Of a DNA stretch of 60,103 nucleotides, positions 18,028 to 26,520 are shown in pieces (position 1 is the stretch's first letter; every line of letters starts with the position of its first letter). The position numbers and the translations under genes were made by a program. Origin of the DNA: Alphaproteobacteria bacterium (GTDB lineage Bacteria > Pseudomonadota > Alphaproteobacteria > Rs-D84); NCBI GenBank assembly GCA_017631895.1, contig JAGBSK010000035.1:1-60103 (forward strand), written 5' to 3'. The notes under the pieces are model-generated. The model was not told where the DNA came from. It saw nothing but the letters and a program-made list of their open reading frames with translations, and did no database searches.

Positions 18028-19194
18028 TTATTGTTTCCATTTATCTTCGCGCACAATCGCCAAAATCATACCGAACAACAGGCAGTATGCCAACAGCGAA
18101 CTGCCCCCATACGATATAAACGGCAACGTCATACCCTTGGGCGCGAACAGATTTAATGTCGTCAACATGTTAAAGCAAATCTGGGTTCCAAACAGCGCCG
18201 CCGCCCCACCCGTCGCATATAACACAAACAAATCACGCGCGTTGGTCGCATTTGTTATTAAACGACGAAATACAAACAACAACAGTACCAGCAAACCACA
18301 CGCCATTATCGCCCCCAAATCTTCGGCAATGGCGGCAAAAATAAAGTCCGTGTGCACGTCGGGCAGATACTGTTTTACAAATGCGTCGTCGCCCGACCCC
18401 AACAGTCCGCCATGACGTATTGAATCAACAGAATTGTCAACCTGGTACGTGTCGCCCGCGCCCGTAAAGTGCGCAATTAAACGACGTTGGACGTGTCCCA
18501 ATGTAAAGAATGCAACCGTCAGCATCAATGCCCCAACACCCGCAAACACAGGTATTAAAATCAGCGGCAGTCCCGCCACAAAAACCATGGCACAAAACAC
18601 CAACAGATATAACACCGCCGTACCAAAGTCCGGATGATTAAAGACAATAAAAACCGTCAATCCAAACAACGCCAGATAGTACACCCAACTGAGCCATGTG
18701 TCAAAACGCCAAGCTTCCTTGTTAAAGAAAATGTTTGAACCATATCGGTCCTTCATCCGTGCCAGAAAATATGCCGTCATTATGATAAAGCCCGGTTTCA
18801 TAATATCAGCCGGCATGACATTGGCAAACCCAAACGACACAAATCGTGCAGAATTATTAATCATATGTGGCGCAATAACCGTCAAAGGCAACAACGCCAA
18901 ACCGAACACTAAATCCGCGCCAGCCAACCACAGGACCTGTTTTTTTGTCAGAAAACTGGACGCGAATAACAGCACCAAACCCATACAATAAAACGGTATA
19001 GCCTTGACCAAATAAAAGTACCACGGCATCCCAATTCGTTCCGCCGCAACCGACCCCGCAGACACCACAAATATTGACGACAACGCAATCAGCAATAAAA
19101 CACAACCCAACAGACGACGGTCTATTTCAAAATACCAACTGGTTAATTTACTGTCATCGTTTCGCGTCAGTTTGAACATATTTCCCCACCCCAT
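18028..19194 (-). CDS. ftsW: SEDS-family peptidoglycan polymerase / lipid II-associated division protein FtsW
   Basis: 388-aa polytopic ORF. HTDFIFAAIAEDLG and PFISYGGSSLL SEDS motifs. The alternative start ATG 19179 (MFKL) has the better SD (GGGGTGGGGA). Confidence 0.9.
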   Translation of the reverse strand: MGWGNMFKLTRNDDSKLTSWYFEIDRRLLGCVLLLIALSSIFVVSAGSVAAERIGMPWYFYLVKAIPFYCMGLVLLFASSFLTKKQVLWLAGADLVFGLALLPLTVIAPHMINNSARFVSFGFANVMPADIMKPGFIIMTAYFLARMKDRYGSNIFFNKEAWRFDTWLSWVYYLALFGLTVFIVFNHPDFGTAVLYLLVFCAMVFVAGLPLILIPVFAGVGALMLTVAFFTLGHVQRRLIAHFTGAGDTYQVDNSVDSIRHGGLLGSGDDAFVKQYLPDVHTDFIFAAIAEDLGAIMACGLLVLLLFVFRRLITNATNARDLFVLYATGGAAALFGTQICFNMLTTLNLFAPKGMTLPFISYGGSSLLAYCLLFGMILAIVREDKWKQ

Positions 19195-19201
19195 GCATGC
19201 C

Positions 19202-20290
19202 CTATGCGAATTTTAACAACACCAGCGCAAGACCAGAAAACAATATCGACAGAATGAAAAAGCGTTCAACAATTTTTGTTTCCGTCCAACCAAGTTCTTC
19301 GAAATGGTGATGCAGGGGCGCACGCAGGAATACGCGACGACCCGTGCCCGTTATTTTACGGGTCGTCTTGAAATACATTGTCTGGATGAAAGACGACAAC
19401 AAAATCAAAACCATCATACCGGCAGCAACCCCCATAATCAGTTCGGACTTTAACAGCATTGCAACCGTACCCATAAATCCGCCCAGCGCAAGGGAACCAA
19501 CATCACCCATAAAGATAGAAGCAGGCTTGGCATTATACCACAAGAACCCAAGTACCGCACCAAATGCCGCCCCCAAAACACCATACAGGCCGTTCGCCAT
19601 TGGCAGGAACATTACCGTATCCATAAAACCAATCCGCGTCGCGCCATACAACGCAACAACCAATACAACCAATACCGGCATATACAATTTTGCCAACATA
19701 CCATCCAGGCCGTCTGTGATATTTGTTGCGTTCGCCCCACCGCAGATTACAAAGTATGCAAACACATAATACAACAACCCAAGCGGCAAAATAATCCCAG
19801 CCCCAATCGCCAAAGAATATTCTGGGATGTATGGTGGCATTGTCTTGTTAATCAAGTATGCAAGGATTAGGACAAATACACCCTCGACCAACAGGCGCGT
19901 CAGGGGCGACAGACCATTTGATGCCTTTTTAGATTGAGATGCAACCTTTTTATAATCATCAACAAATCCCAAACAACCAAACATTACCAATGCCGACAAC
20001 GCAATCCAACCCGTTGGAGTAGAGAGCGGCATAAACAGTAATGCACCCACCAAAATCGCAACAATCACCAAGATACCACCCATTGTCGGGGTTCCCGCCT
20101 TTTGCCGATGGGATTCAGGTACATTTTCACTGATTGGTTGACCCTTTTTCTGAACATTTCGCATGGCACGAATAAAGGCGCGACCAAACAGCAGCATTAT
20201 CATGAACGATATAAAGAAGCCGCCCGCAAATTGGGTCCAGCCACTTGCAAAAAATGAAAAACCTTGATTCAAAAAGTAGTCTGTCAGCAT
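19202..20290 (-). CDS. mraY: phospho-N-acetylmuramoyl-pentapeptide transferase
   Basis: 362-aa ORF. KAGTPTMGG, VDDYKK, NATNITDGLDG, MGDVGSLALGG, APLHHHFE motifs. Confidence 0.95.
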   Translation of the reverse strand: MLTDYFLNQGFSFFASGWTQFAGGFFISFMIMLLFGRAFIRAMRNVQKKGQPISENVPESHRQKAGTPTMGGILVIVAILVGALLFMPLSTPTGWIALSALVMFGCLGFVDDYKKVASQSKKASNGLSPLTRLLVEGVFVLILAYLINKTMPPYIPEYSLAIGAGIILPLGLLYYVFAYFVICGGANATNITDGLDGMLAKLYMPVLVVLVVALYGATRIGFMDTVMFLPMANGLYGVLGAAFGAVLGFLWYNAKPASIFMGDVGSLALGGFMGTVAMLLKSELIMGVAAGMMVLILLSSFIQTMYFKTTRKITGTGRRVFLRAPLHHHFEELGWTETKIVERFFILSILFSGLALVLLKFA

Positions 20291-20357
20291 AAAAAATCCT
20301 TTCCTTATGCCTTCATTCTATCACAAAAGATTTTATAAACAAATGTTATTCTAAGAA

Positions 20358-22397
20358 TTAAAATACGCCACCGACAACCGCGCTGGATCCAACCGATTTT
20401 GTACTTGGCGCGGGGTTGGGTGATTGACCGGGTTTGAAAACCTCTTGTATAATTGTACCATCGGGATCGGCACTTGCCGCGGCACCACTGCGACGATTAA
20501 CACGCATAAACGTCATGCCATCCGGGACGGCAAATGGCTGATTTTTTTCGTTTGCCAACGCCACACGCATAAAGTCCGCAAAAACACGTGCCGCCATGTG
20601 GGAACCCGCGCCCTTGCCCAGCGGTTTTGGTGTATCAAACCCCAGATAGACACCCGCAATCAGATTTTTCGAAAATCCGATAAACCATACATCCTTGACA
20701 TCATTAGACGTACCAGTTTTTCCCGCAATCGTGTACCCAGGCACGCGCGCCTGTTTTCCGGTGCCACGTTCAACCGCGCCCTGTAATATCGACACCATTT
20801 GATACAGACTTTGCGGGTCGGACAACGGTTCCGCGTCATCCGCCGATTCCGGGGGCAATAAATCATCAGACCATTCAACAATCGCTGTCTGGGTACCATC
20901 AATCAAGCGACCGTATCTGTCTTCGATATAGTCAACCAATTTAGGCTTAATCGCACGACCGCCGTTGATAAATGCCGAATACCCCAACACCAATTTTTCC
21001 AATGTCGTTTCGCCCGACCCCAACGCCATTGACAAGTTGATGTTTGGCATATCAGGCGGATAAACACCGAAACGCTGGGCCGCATCAATTGCGTTTTTAA
21101 CACCAATCTGTTCCACCAAGCGCACCGTCGGAACATTACGCGACGTTTCCAACGACAGGCGCAACGGCACATCGCCCAAGAATTTCTTGTCATGGTTTTC
21201 AGGCTTCCACAACGTGTCGTTTTCACGCCACCCAACAATCGGTGCATCCAGAATCATTGTCTGGGGGGTGTAGCCGCGTTCCAACGCCGCAAGATACACA
21301 AATGGCTTTATCGTTGAACCAATCTGACGATATGCCTGGGTTGCACGATTAAAAGAACTTTCCCGAAAAGAACGACCACCCGTCATCGCGACAATGCGAC
21401 CGGTGTGCGGATTCATTGCAATAATTGCACCCTGTAACTTTTCATCGCGACCAGTGTTGTATGCATCCAATTCTTTGTTCAATGCAGCCGCGGCAGCACG
21501 TTGCAATTCCGGCACAATCGTCGTTTTTATATACAAACCCTGGTTATACAGGGTTTCGCGCCCAATTGTCCCCAGTAATTGACGGCGGACATCTTCGGCA
21601 AAGTATTGGAAATCTTCTTCCATTTGGGCGGTAAAACCGCTGTTGATATTTAATTCTTCGGCGGCGGCGGCATCTGCCTGGGCCTGGGTGATAAAGCCTT
21701 CTTCTAGCATGCGGCGCAGAACATAGTTTCGACGTTCAACCGCACGGGTACGATTGTTTGGTGCCTTGGGCAGGGATGCAAGAAAAGCACATTCCGCCAA
21801 ACTTAATTCAGATACAGGTTTATTAAAATACATCAATGCCGCCGACCCCACACCATAGGCACGCGCACCCAAGAATATCTGGTTCATGTACAGGGTTAAA
21901 ATATGTTGTTTCGAAAAACTGCGTTCCAGACGCAGGGCAAGTATAGCCTCTTTTATCTTTCTGGAAATTGTGCGTTCGGACGTTAAAAAGAAATTTTTTG
22001 CAACCTGCTGGGTGATTGTCGATGCACCAGACAATGTCGTATCACGCCCCATCGCACGCAGGGCATTATTTGCCAACGCACGGGTTATACCCTGGATATC
22101 AATGCCGGGATGGGTCCAGAAATTTTGGTCTTCGGCCGCGATAAAGGCATTAACCAACATTGGTGGCATATCGGCATAGTCGATAAACACACGGCGTTCT
22201 TCGGCATATTCCTGTAATAAAGAACCGTCCGACGCATAAAGGCGCGTCGCAACCGGCGGGGCATACGTTGCCAATTTTTTATAATCCGGCAAATCATTAC
22301 CATAAATCAAAATCAATGCAGCCAATGTCGCAATACCCGCGACAAACATCCAAAAGAAAATATTTAATAATATGCGCAAGAATTTCTTGAATTTCAT
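20358..22397 (-). CDS. class A (bifunctional) penicillin-binding protein, PBP1A-like
   Basis: 679-aa ORF. TM anchor. GT51 motifs EDQNFWTHPGID, GASTITQQ, RKIKEAILALRLE. Transpeptidase STIKP (SxxK), SRN (SxN), KTGT. Confidence 0.9.
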   Translation of the reverse strand: MKFKKFLRILLNIFFWMFVAGIATLAALILIYGNDLPDYKKLATYAPPVATRLYASDGSLLQEYAEERRVFIDYADMPPMLVNAFIAAEDQNFWTHPGIDIQGITRALANNALRAMGRDTTLSGASTITQQVAKNFFLTSERTISRKIKEAILALRLERSFSKQHILTLYMNQIFLGARAYGVGSAALMYFNKPVSELSLAECAFLASLPKAPNNRTRAVERRNYVLRRMLEEGFITQAQADAAAAEELNINSGFTAQMEEDFQYFAEDVRRQLLGTIGRETLYNQGLYIKTTIVPELQRAAAAALNKELDAYNTGRDEKLQGAIIAMNPHTGRIVAMTGGRSFRESSFNRATQAYRQIGSTIKPFVYLAALERGYTPQTMILDAPIVGWRENDTLWKPENHDKKFLGDVPLRLSLETSRNVPTVRLVEQIGVKNAIDAAQRFGVYPPDMPNINLSMALGSGETTLEKLVLGYSAFINGGRAIKPKLVDYIEDRYGRLIDGTQTAIVEWSDDLLPPESADDAEPLSDPQSLYQMVSILQGAVERGTGKQARVPGYTIAGKTGTSNDVKDVWFIGFSKNLIAGVYLGFDTPKPLGKGAGSHMAARVFADFMRVALANEKNQPFAVPDGMTFMRVNRRSGAAASADPDGTIIQEVFKPGQSPNPAPSTKSVGSSAVVGGVF

Positions 22398-22437
22398 AAA
22401 TCGAATTTTAAGACAAAAACATCAAGTTTGCAAATAT

Positions 22438-22710
22438 TTAGTTTTTAGTTTTTTTGGACTTGTGTTTTTGGTCATTTTTATACCCCAGGATTTCCATCTG
22501 CATTTGCAAAATTACGTTTTCTTTTTCTTGGATTTGTTTCAGCAACTCTTCGTTTTTTACCCTTATTTCATCCAATGCCCGGCGACTGATTACCAATTGG
22601 GACGACATGGATTTTGCGCGACGCTGGCCCAGCATAAATGTGACCAACGCGCCGCACATTGCGCCGGCTGATGCACTTAGTAAATCAAAAAGTGTTTCTA
22701 TGAGTTTCAC
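22438..22710 (-). CDS. small TM plus coiled-coil protein, function unknown
   Basis: 90-aa ORF. One hydrophobic segment (LFDLLSASAGAMCGALVTFML) followed by RRAK, a heptad-like stretch (LDEIRVKNEELLKQIQEKENVILQMQMEIL) and a Lys-rich tail. Co-oriented 40 nt upstream of the PBP gene. Confidence 0.45.
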   Translation of the reverse strand: MKLIETLFDLLSASAGAMCGALVTFMLGQRRAKSMSSQLVISRRALDEIRVKNEELLKQIQEKENVILQMQMEILGYKNDQKHKSKKTKN

Positions 22711-22750
22711 AGAAACACTTTAACATTATTAAATAAAATATTCATCAGGA

Positions 22751-23347
22751 CTATTTTCGCAGACCGGTTTTCTTATCAATCCAAACCTGTTCGTCCGCGA
22801 TTTCCATCATAGGCATATCAGATTTGCTGTCTGAATACGCGCGAACGACATGCGGAATAATCTTGTTTTCGCGCGCCCATTCGTCCATCGCCAACACTTT
22901 GTTTTTACCCCAGCACAAAAATTCATATTTCCATGGTTTTTTCTTGTCCATTTTGGAACAGAAAACCGCATCAAATTTCATGTCGCGCACCAATGCCGGC
23001 AACAGATAATCAGGACTTGCCGAAATCATCAAAACCTTGCGCCCTGCATCGCGTTCAGATTGAACCTTTTCCTTGGCCCAGCCAAAGCGTTCGCGCTTGT
23101 GCTGTTTAATAAATCCGGACGCATACTTTTTCACCAACGCAGGCGTCATAAAACGACGAATGTTTTCACGCCACCATACACCATCTGGGTTTAACCAACG
23201 TGCAATTCCGCAAATACCCATCAAAGGTAAATAAAACCAGGGACGAATACTGCGACGAAAACAATAGCGCGCAAACGCAACATTCGAATCCAACCCCGAC
23301 AAAGTTCCATCAAAATCAAATAAAACTACATCCGTTTTTTTCAGCAT
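22751..23347 (-). CDS. HAD-superfamily (IB-like) hydrolase
   Basis: Start placed at MLKKTDVVLFDFDGTLS (ATG 23347, AAGGA SD). DxDGT motif I and a later SDSKSD motif. The ORF-track extension to 23455 lacks support. Confidence 0.7.
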   Translation of the reverse strand: MLKKTDVVLFDFDGTLSGLDSNVAFARYCFRRSIRPWFYLPLMGICGIARWLNPDGVWWRENIRRFMTPALVKKYASGFIKQHKRERFGWAKEKVQSERDAGRKVLMISASPDYLLPALVRDMKFDAVFCSKMDKKKPWKYEFLCWGKNKVLAMDEWARENKIIPHVVRAYSDSKSDMPMMEIADEQVWIDKKTGLRK

Positions 23348-23489
23348 AAAAACATATCCTTTGTTTTGTTGTTCGTGCAAATTATAACTATCTTTTAGAT
23401 TTATGCAAGGTATTGTCGTTAAAACAATATTTTCCACTTGCGTGCGATTCGCCATTTGTTCTATGATTGGAACAGGAAGGAAAGGAATT

Positions 23490-24749
23490 ATGCGTCATTT
23501 TACAATCAGTGTATTGTCGTTATTTGTTGTATTGCCAACGGTTGCGTCTGCACGTCTGCCGGTCGTGAACATCGCGTCCGCAGGGGTTTCTGCGCGCAGT
23601 GCGTTTGGCGAAGACGTGGCAACGGAAACTAAAAAACGCGTAGAACCAACGCGCAAAAAAACCGTTGTTGCACGCAGTGCGAAAAAATCGGCACCAGTCG
23701 ATATGGGCGAACAACTGATTGCCACAAACGACGTTTTGGCGCCGCGTCGCCCAAGCAATGATTTGTGGGCAAAAAGCACAAATAATAATGTCGCGGACTT
23801 TGCGTTGCGCATGCCATCAGCGAATGAATTTTCTGTGATTCGTTCGGACAGTTTATTGCCAGAAGAAAGTCTGGATAAAAAGGTTGCGGTTGCAGCACCA
23901 GTTGCGGAAGTAAAAACAATCGCAAACCCAATGTCTGAAATCGATAATCAGATTGCACGATTGAATGAATTACAAAAACGCGCCGAAGAAAGCGTACGAA
24001 ATGTATCGAATCGCGTTATCGCCGCACCAATCGCAGAAACCAAGGTTGCTGAACCTGTACGCATAGCAAAAACTGAACCAAAGGTCGAACAGAAAAATGT
24101 TTCTTTGCGTCGTTTGGTTGTGCCAATGGATGACGATGTAATTGTGCGCAGCGTTGAAAAGAACACTTCCCCACGAATCGTGGCGGTGCGTGATGATATG
24201 ACGAAAATGAGCCCCGCTGAACTGCGTCAGGCATTCAGAAAAACGTTCCTGTCGGAAAACAAGCACCTGTCAACGTATGCGATTGACGACCGTTTTGATG
24301 TGGCCAGCGATATGTCATCTTCTATCGAGGGATTTACCGCCCAGCGTGATATTTCCGAAGGCGGAGGAATTCGACCACTTGAAATCAAAATCAAATTCCG
24401 CAACGAAGATTCCGCATTATCGCGTGAAAATTATAATTTGCTGACCGAATATGCGGGTATTGTTGTCAGCAAACCAACACGCGCAATTCAATTGGCAATA
24501 CCAGAAAATATGACCAAGACCAAAGACGGTCGCAAATTGGCGGCGCGTCGTTTGGCAATTGTAGAACAGGTTTTAACCGATAATGGTGTATCACAGCAAC
24601 GCATTGTTCCAGTACTGTCCAATCGGGACGAGGCCGGATTTGTATTGCGTATTATTTCCAGCGACCAATACGAAACGCTGACCAAGCAAAAGCGCGACAT
24701 ATTCGGTGATACGATTGGTAATAAAACGTACAAAAGTATGTCGTGGTAA
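23490..24749 (+). CDS. secreted protein with OmpA/MotB-like C-terminal domain
   Basis: Start at MRHFTISVLSLFVVLPTVASA (ATG 23490, GGAAGGAAAGGA SD). The C-terminus IKFRNEDSALSRENYNLLTEYAGIVV...GRKLAARRLAIVEQVLTDNGVSQQRIVPV follows the OmpA_C pattern loosely. Confidence 0.55.
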   Translation: MRHFTISVLSLFVVLPTVASARLPVVNIASAGVSARSAFGEDVATETKKRVEPTRKKTVVARSAKKSAPVDMGEQLIATNDVLAPRRPSNDLWAKSTNNNVADFALRMPSANEFSVIRSDSLLPEESLDKKVAVAAPVAEVKTIANPMSEIDNQIARLNELQKRAEESVRNVSNRVIAAPIAETKVAEPVRIAKTEPKVEQKNVSLRRLVVPMDDDVIVRSVEKNTSPRIVAVRDDMTKMSPAELRQAFRKTFLSENKHLSTYAIDDRFDVASDMSSSIEGFTAQRDISEGGGIRPLEIKIKFRNEDSALSRENYNLLTEYAGIVVSKPTRAIQLAIPENMTKTKDGRKLAARRLAIVEQVLTDNGVSQQRIVPVLSNRDEAGFVLRIISSDQYETLTKQKRDIFGDTIGNKTYKSMSW

Positions 24750-25465
24750 AAATATTACACAAAATATTAGAGTTTCTGTTTCCGCCGGCGTGTCCATTGT
24801 GTGATACGCCGGTGTCAACACATGGTGAACTGTGTGCCGCATGTTGGACGGAAATAAATTGGATTGAAAATCCAAAATGCGTGAAATGCGGGTATCCTTT
24901 TCCGGCGGATCTAGATTTAGGCGGCACGCCACTGTGCCCAGTTTGTGCGTCTGACATGTGCGAACTGGATTGGATACGGTCTGCATGCGTATACGACGAT
25001 GCGTCCCGTGGTGCCATGTTGCCGTTCAAGCACGGCGGACGAATTCAATACGCACGCTTTATGTCGCGCGCCATGATGTGGGCGTTGCGCGATGTGAAAA
25101 TTGACGCAGATATAATTATGCCTGTTCCGTTGGCGACACGTCGCCTGTTCAAACGTGGGTATAATCAGGCAACCCTGTTGGCGCGTCCGATTGCGCGGGC
25201 AACCGGGATAAAAATAGACCACGATTCGGTTCGTCGTAAATATCGCGAAGATATGGGACACAAGAGTGCACGCGAACGCGCCGAAAATATTCGTGGTGTG
25301 TTTTCCGTTGTGCGACCAGACAGAATTCGCGGGAAAAAGATTTTATTGGTTGATGACGTTATGACAAGTGGCGCAACATTTTCAGAACTGCGCCGTGTGT
25401 TAATTCGTGCGGGCGCGGTGGCTGTCTATGGAATAACATTTTGTCGCGTGGTGCGCGCGATTTGA
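24743..25465 (+). CDS. comF: ComF-family phosphoribosyltransferase-like protein
   Basis: 240-aa ORF (GTG start overlapping the upstream stop). N-terminal Cys4 (CPLC...CAAC, CVKCG...CPVC). PRTase motif KKILLVDDVMTSGAT. Confidence 0.8.
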   Translation: MVKILHKILEFLFPPACPLCDTPVSTHGELCAACWTEINWIENPKCVKCGYPFPADLDLGGTPLCPVCASDMCELDWIRSACVYDDASRGAMLPFKHGGRIQYARFMSRAMMWALRDVKIDADIIMPVPLATRRLFKRGYNQATLLARPIARATGIKIDHDSVRRKYREDMGHKSARERAENIRGVFSVVRPDRIRGKKILLVDDVMTSGATFSELRRVLIRAGAVAVYGITFCRVVRAI

Positions 25466-25468
25466 ATA

Positions 25469-25834
25469 TTAACTGTGATATACTTTTTCGACCTGGGAAT
25501 TAAGCAGACCGCGCATTTCCTGGGCGACAATCTGGTGGGCGCACTGGCAAAATAATTCCAACACCACCTGTTGCGCGGGCGAATGAATTTTATCCTTGGT
25601 TGATATGACTGCGGTCGCCACTTCGTTTTCACCAACAGATACCACATATTCATATACGGTTTCAGCGGACGACGTTGATAGCATTGTGCGCGATAACACC
25701 AATAAACCTTCGTTGGATAGGGGCACAAAATATTCCTTGAAATCGCCATATGGGTCATTAAAAACAGAAACCCAACCCGCACGAATGGCGCACCGAATTA
25801 AATCTAGCAAATCTTGGTCCATAAAGCCGTTCAT
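25469..25834 (-). CDS. hypothetical 121-aa protein
   Basis: ORF only. First ATG at 25834 (the track start 25882 is TTG). No signal peptide and no motif recognised. Confidence 0.4.
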   Translation of the reverse strand: MNGFMDQDLLDLIRCAIRAGWVSVFNDPYGDFKEYFVPLSNEGLLVLSRTMLSTSSAETVYEYVVSVGENEVATAVISTKDKIHSPAQQVVLELFCQCAHQIVAQEMRGLLNSQVEKVYHS

Positions 25835-25970
25835 TGTTTTATTCCAACAGAACAACACTAGCACAATTGTTCTTTTTGTCAATATTTTTTGTTTCGTTGC
25901 TTTGTTTTTATATTTTTTCTAGAATTTATGCGTCCAAATATATGTCATATAAAAACCAAAGGATACATAT

Positions 25971-26495
25971 ATGAAATCAAAAATTTTATCGGGACTGATG
26001 CTGGCGACGTTGCCGTTTGTCGCAAGCGCGGCATTGCCGTTTGTCGGAACATATCAAACAATTGATGATGAAACCAATAAGCCAAAATCTATTGTTGCGC
26101 TGTATGAATATACCGACGGCGATGATAACCAATTGGGCGGACGCATTGTTGCGCTGTATGGCGCGGATGGCACAATTTCCGAAACGATTTCCAACCCGAC
26201 ACGCGTTGCAGACGCGGTCAAAGGTGCGCCAAAGATGGTTGGACTTGATATTATATGGGACATGGAATGGGACGCGGACGACAACAGATTTGAAGATGGA
26301 AAAATTATGGACCCAAAATCGGGCAAGATTTATTCCAGCCTTATGTGGCAGGACACGCCAAGTGTGCTGAACGTTCGCGGTAAAATCGGACCATTTGGAC
26401 GCACACAGAGATGGAATGTAATAAGCGCGGGCGATTTACCCACCGAATTACAGAACATAGACACCAGCACATGGACGCCCGTTGTGCGCAAATAA
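25971..26495 (+). CDS. DUF2147-family secreted protein
   Basis: 174-aa ORF. Signal peptide MKSKILSGLMLATLPFVASA. GTYQTIDDETNKPKSIVALY, GGRIVALYG, VGLDIIWDM, DGKIMDPKSGKIYSS, LNVRGKIGPFGRTQRWN follow the DUF2147 pattern. Confidence 0.7.
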   Translation: MKSKILSGLMLATLPFVASAALPFVGTYQTIDDETNKPKSIVALYEYTDGDDNQLGGRIVALYGADGTISETISNPTRVADAVKGAPKMVGLDIIWDMEWDADDNRFEDGKIMDPKSGKIYSSLMWQDTPSVLNVRGKIGPFGRTQRWNVISAGDLPTELQNIDTSTWTPVVRK

Positions 26496-26520
26496 AAATC
26501 CCCCGTTTGGGGGATTTTTA
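26494..26520. terminator. bidirectional intrinsic terminator (DUF2147 gene / Cys-rich gene)
   Basis: AAAAA-TCCCCC-GTTT-GGGGGA-TTTTTA. The minus-gene stop codon lies in the T-run. Confidence 0.75.
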
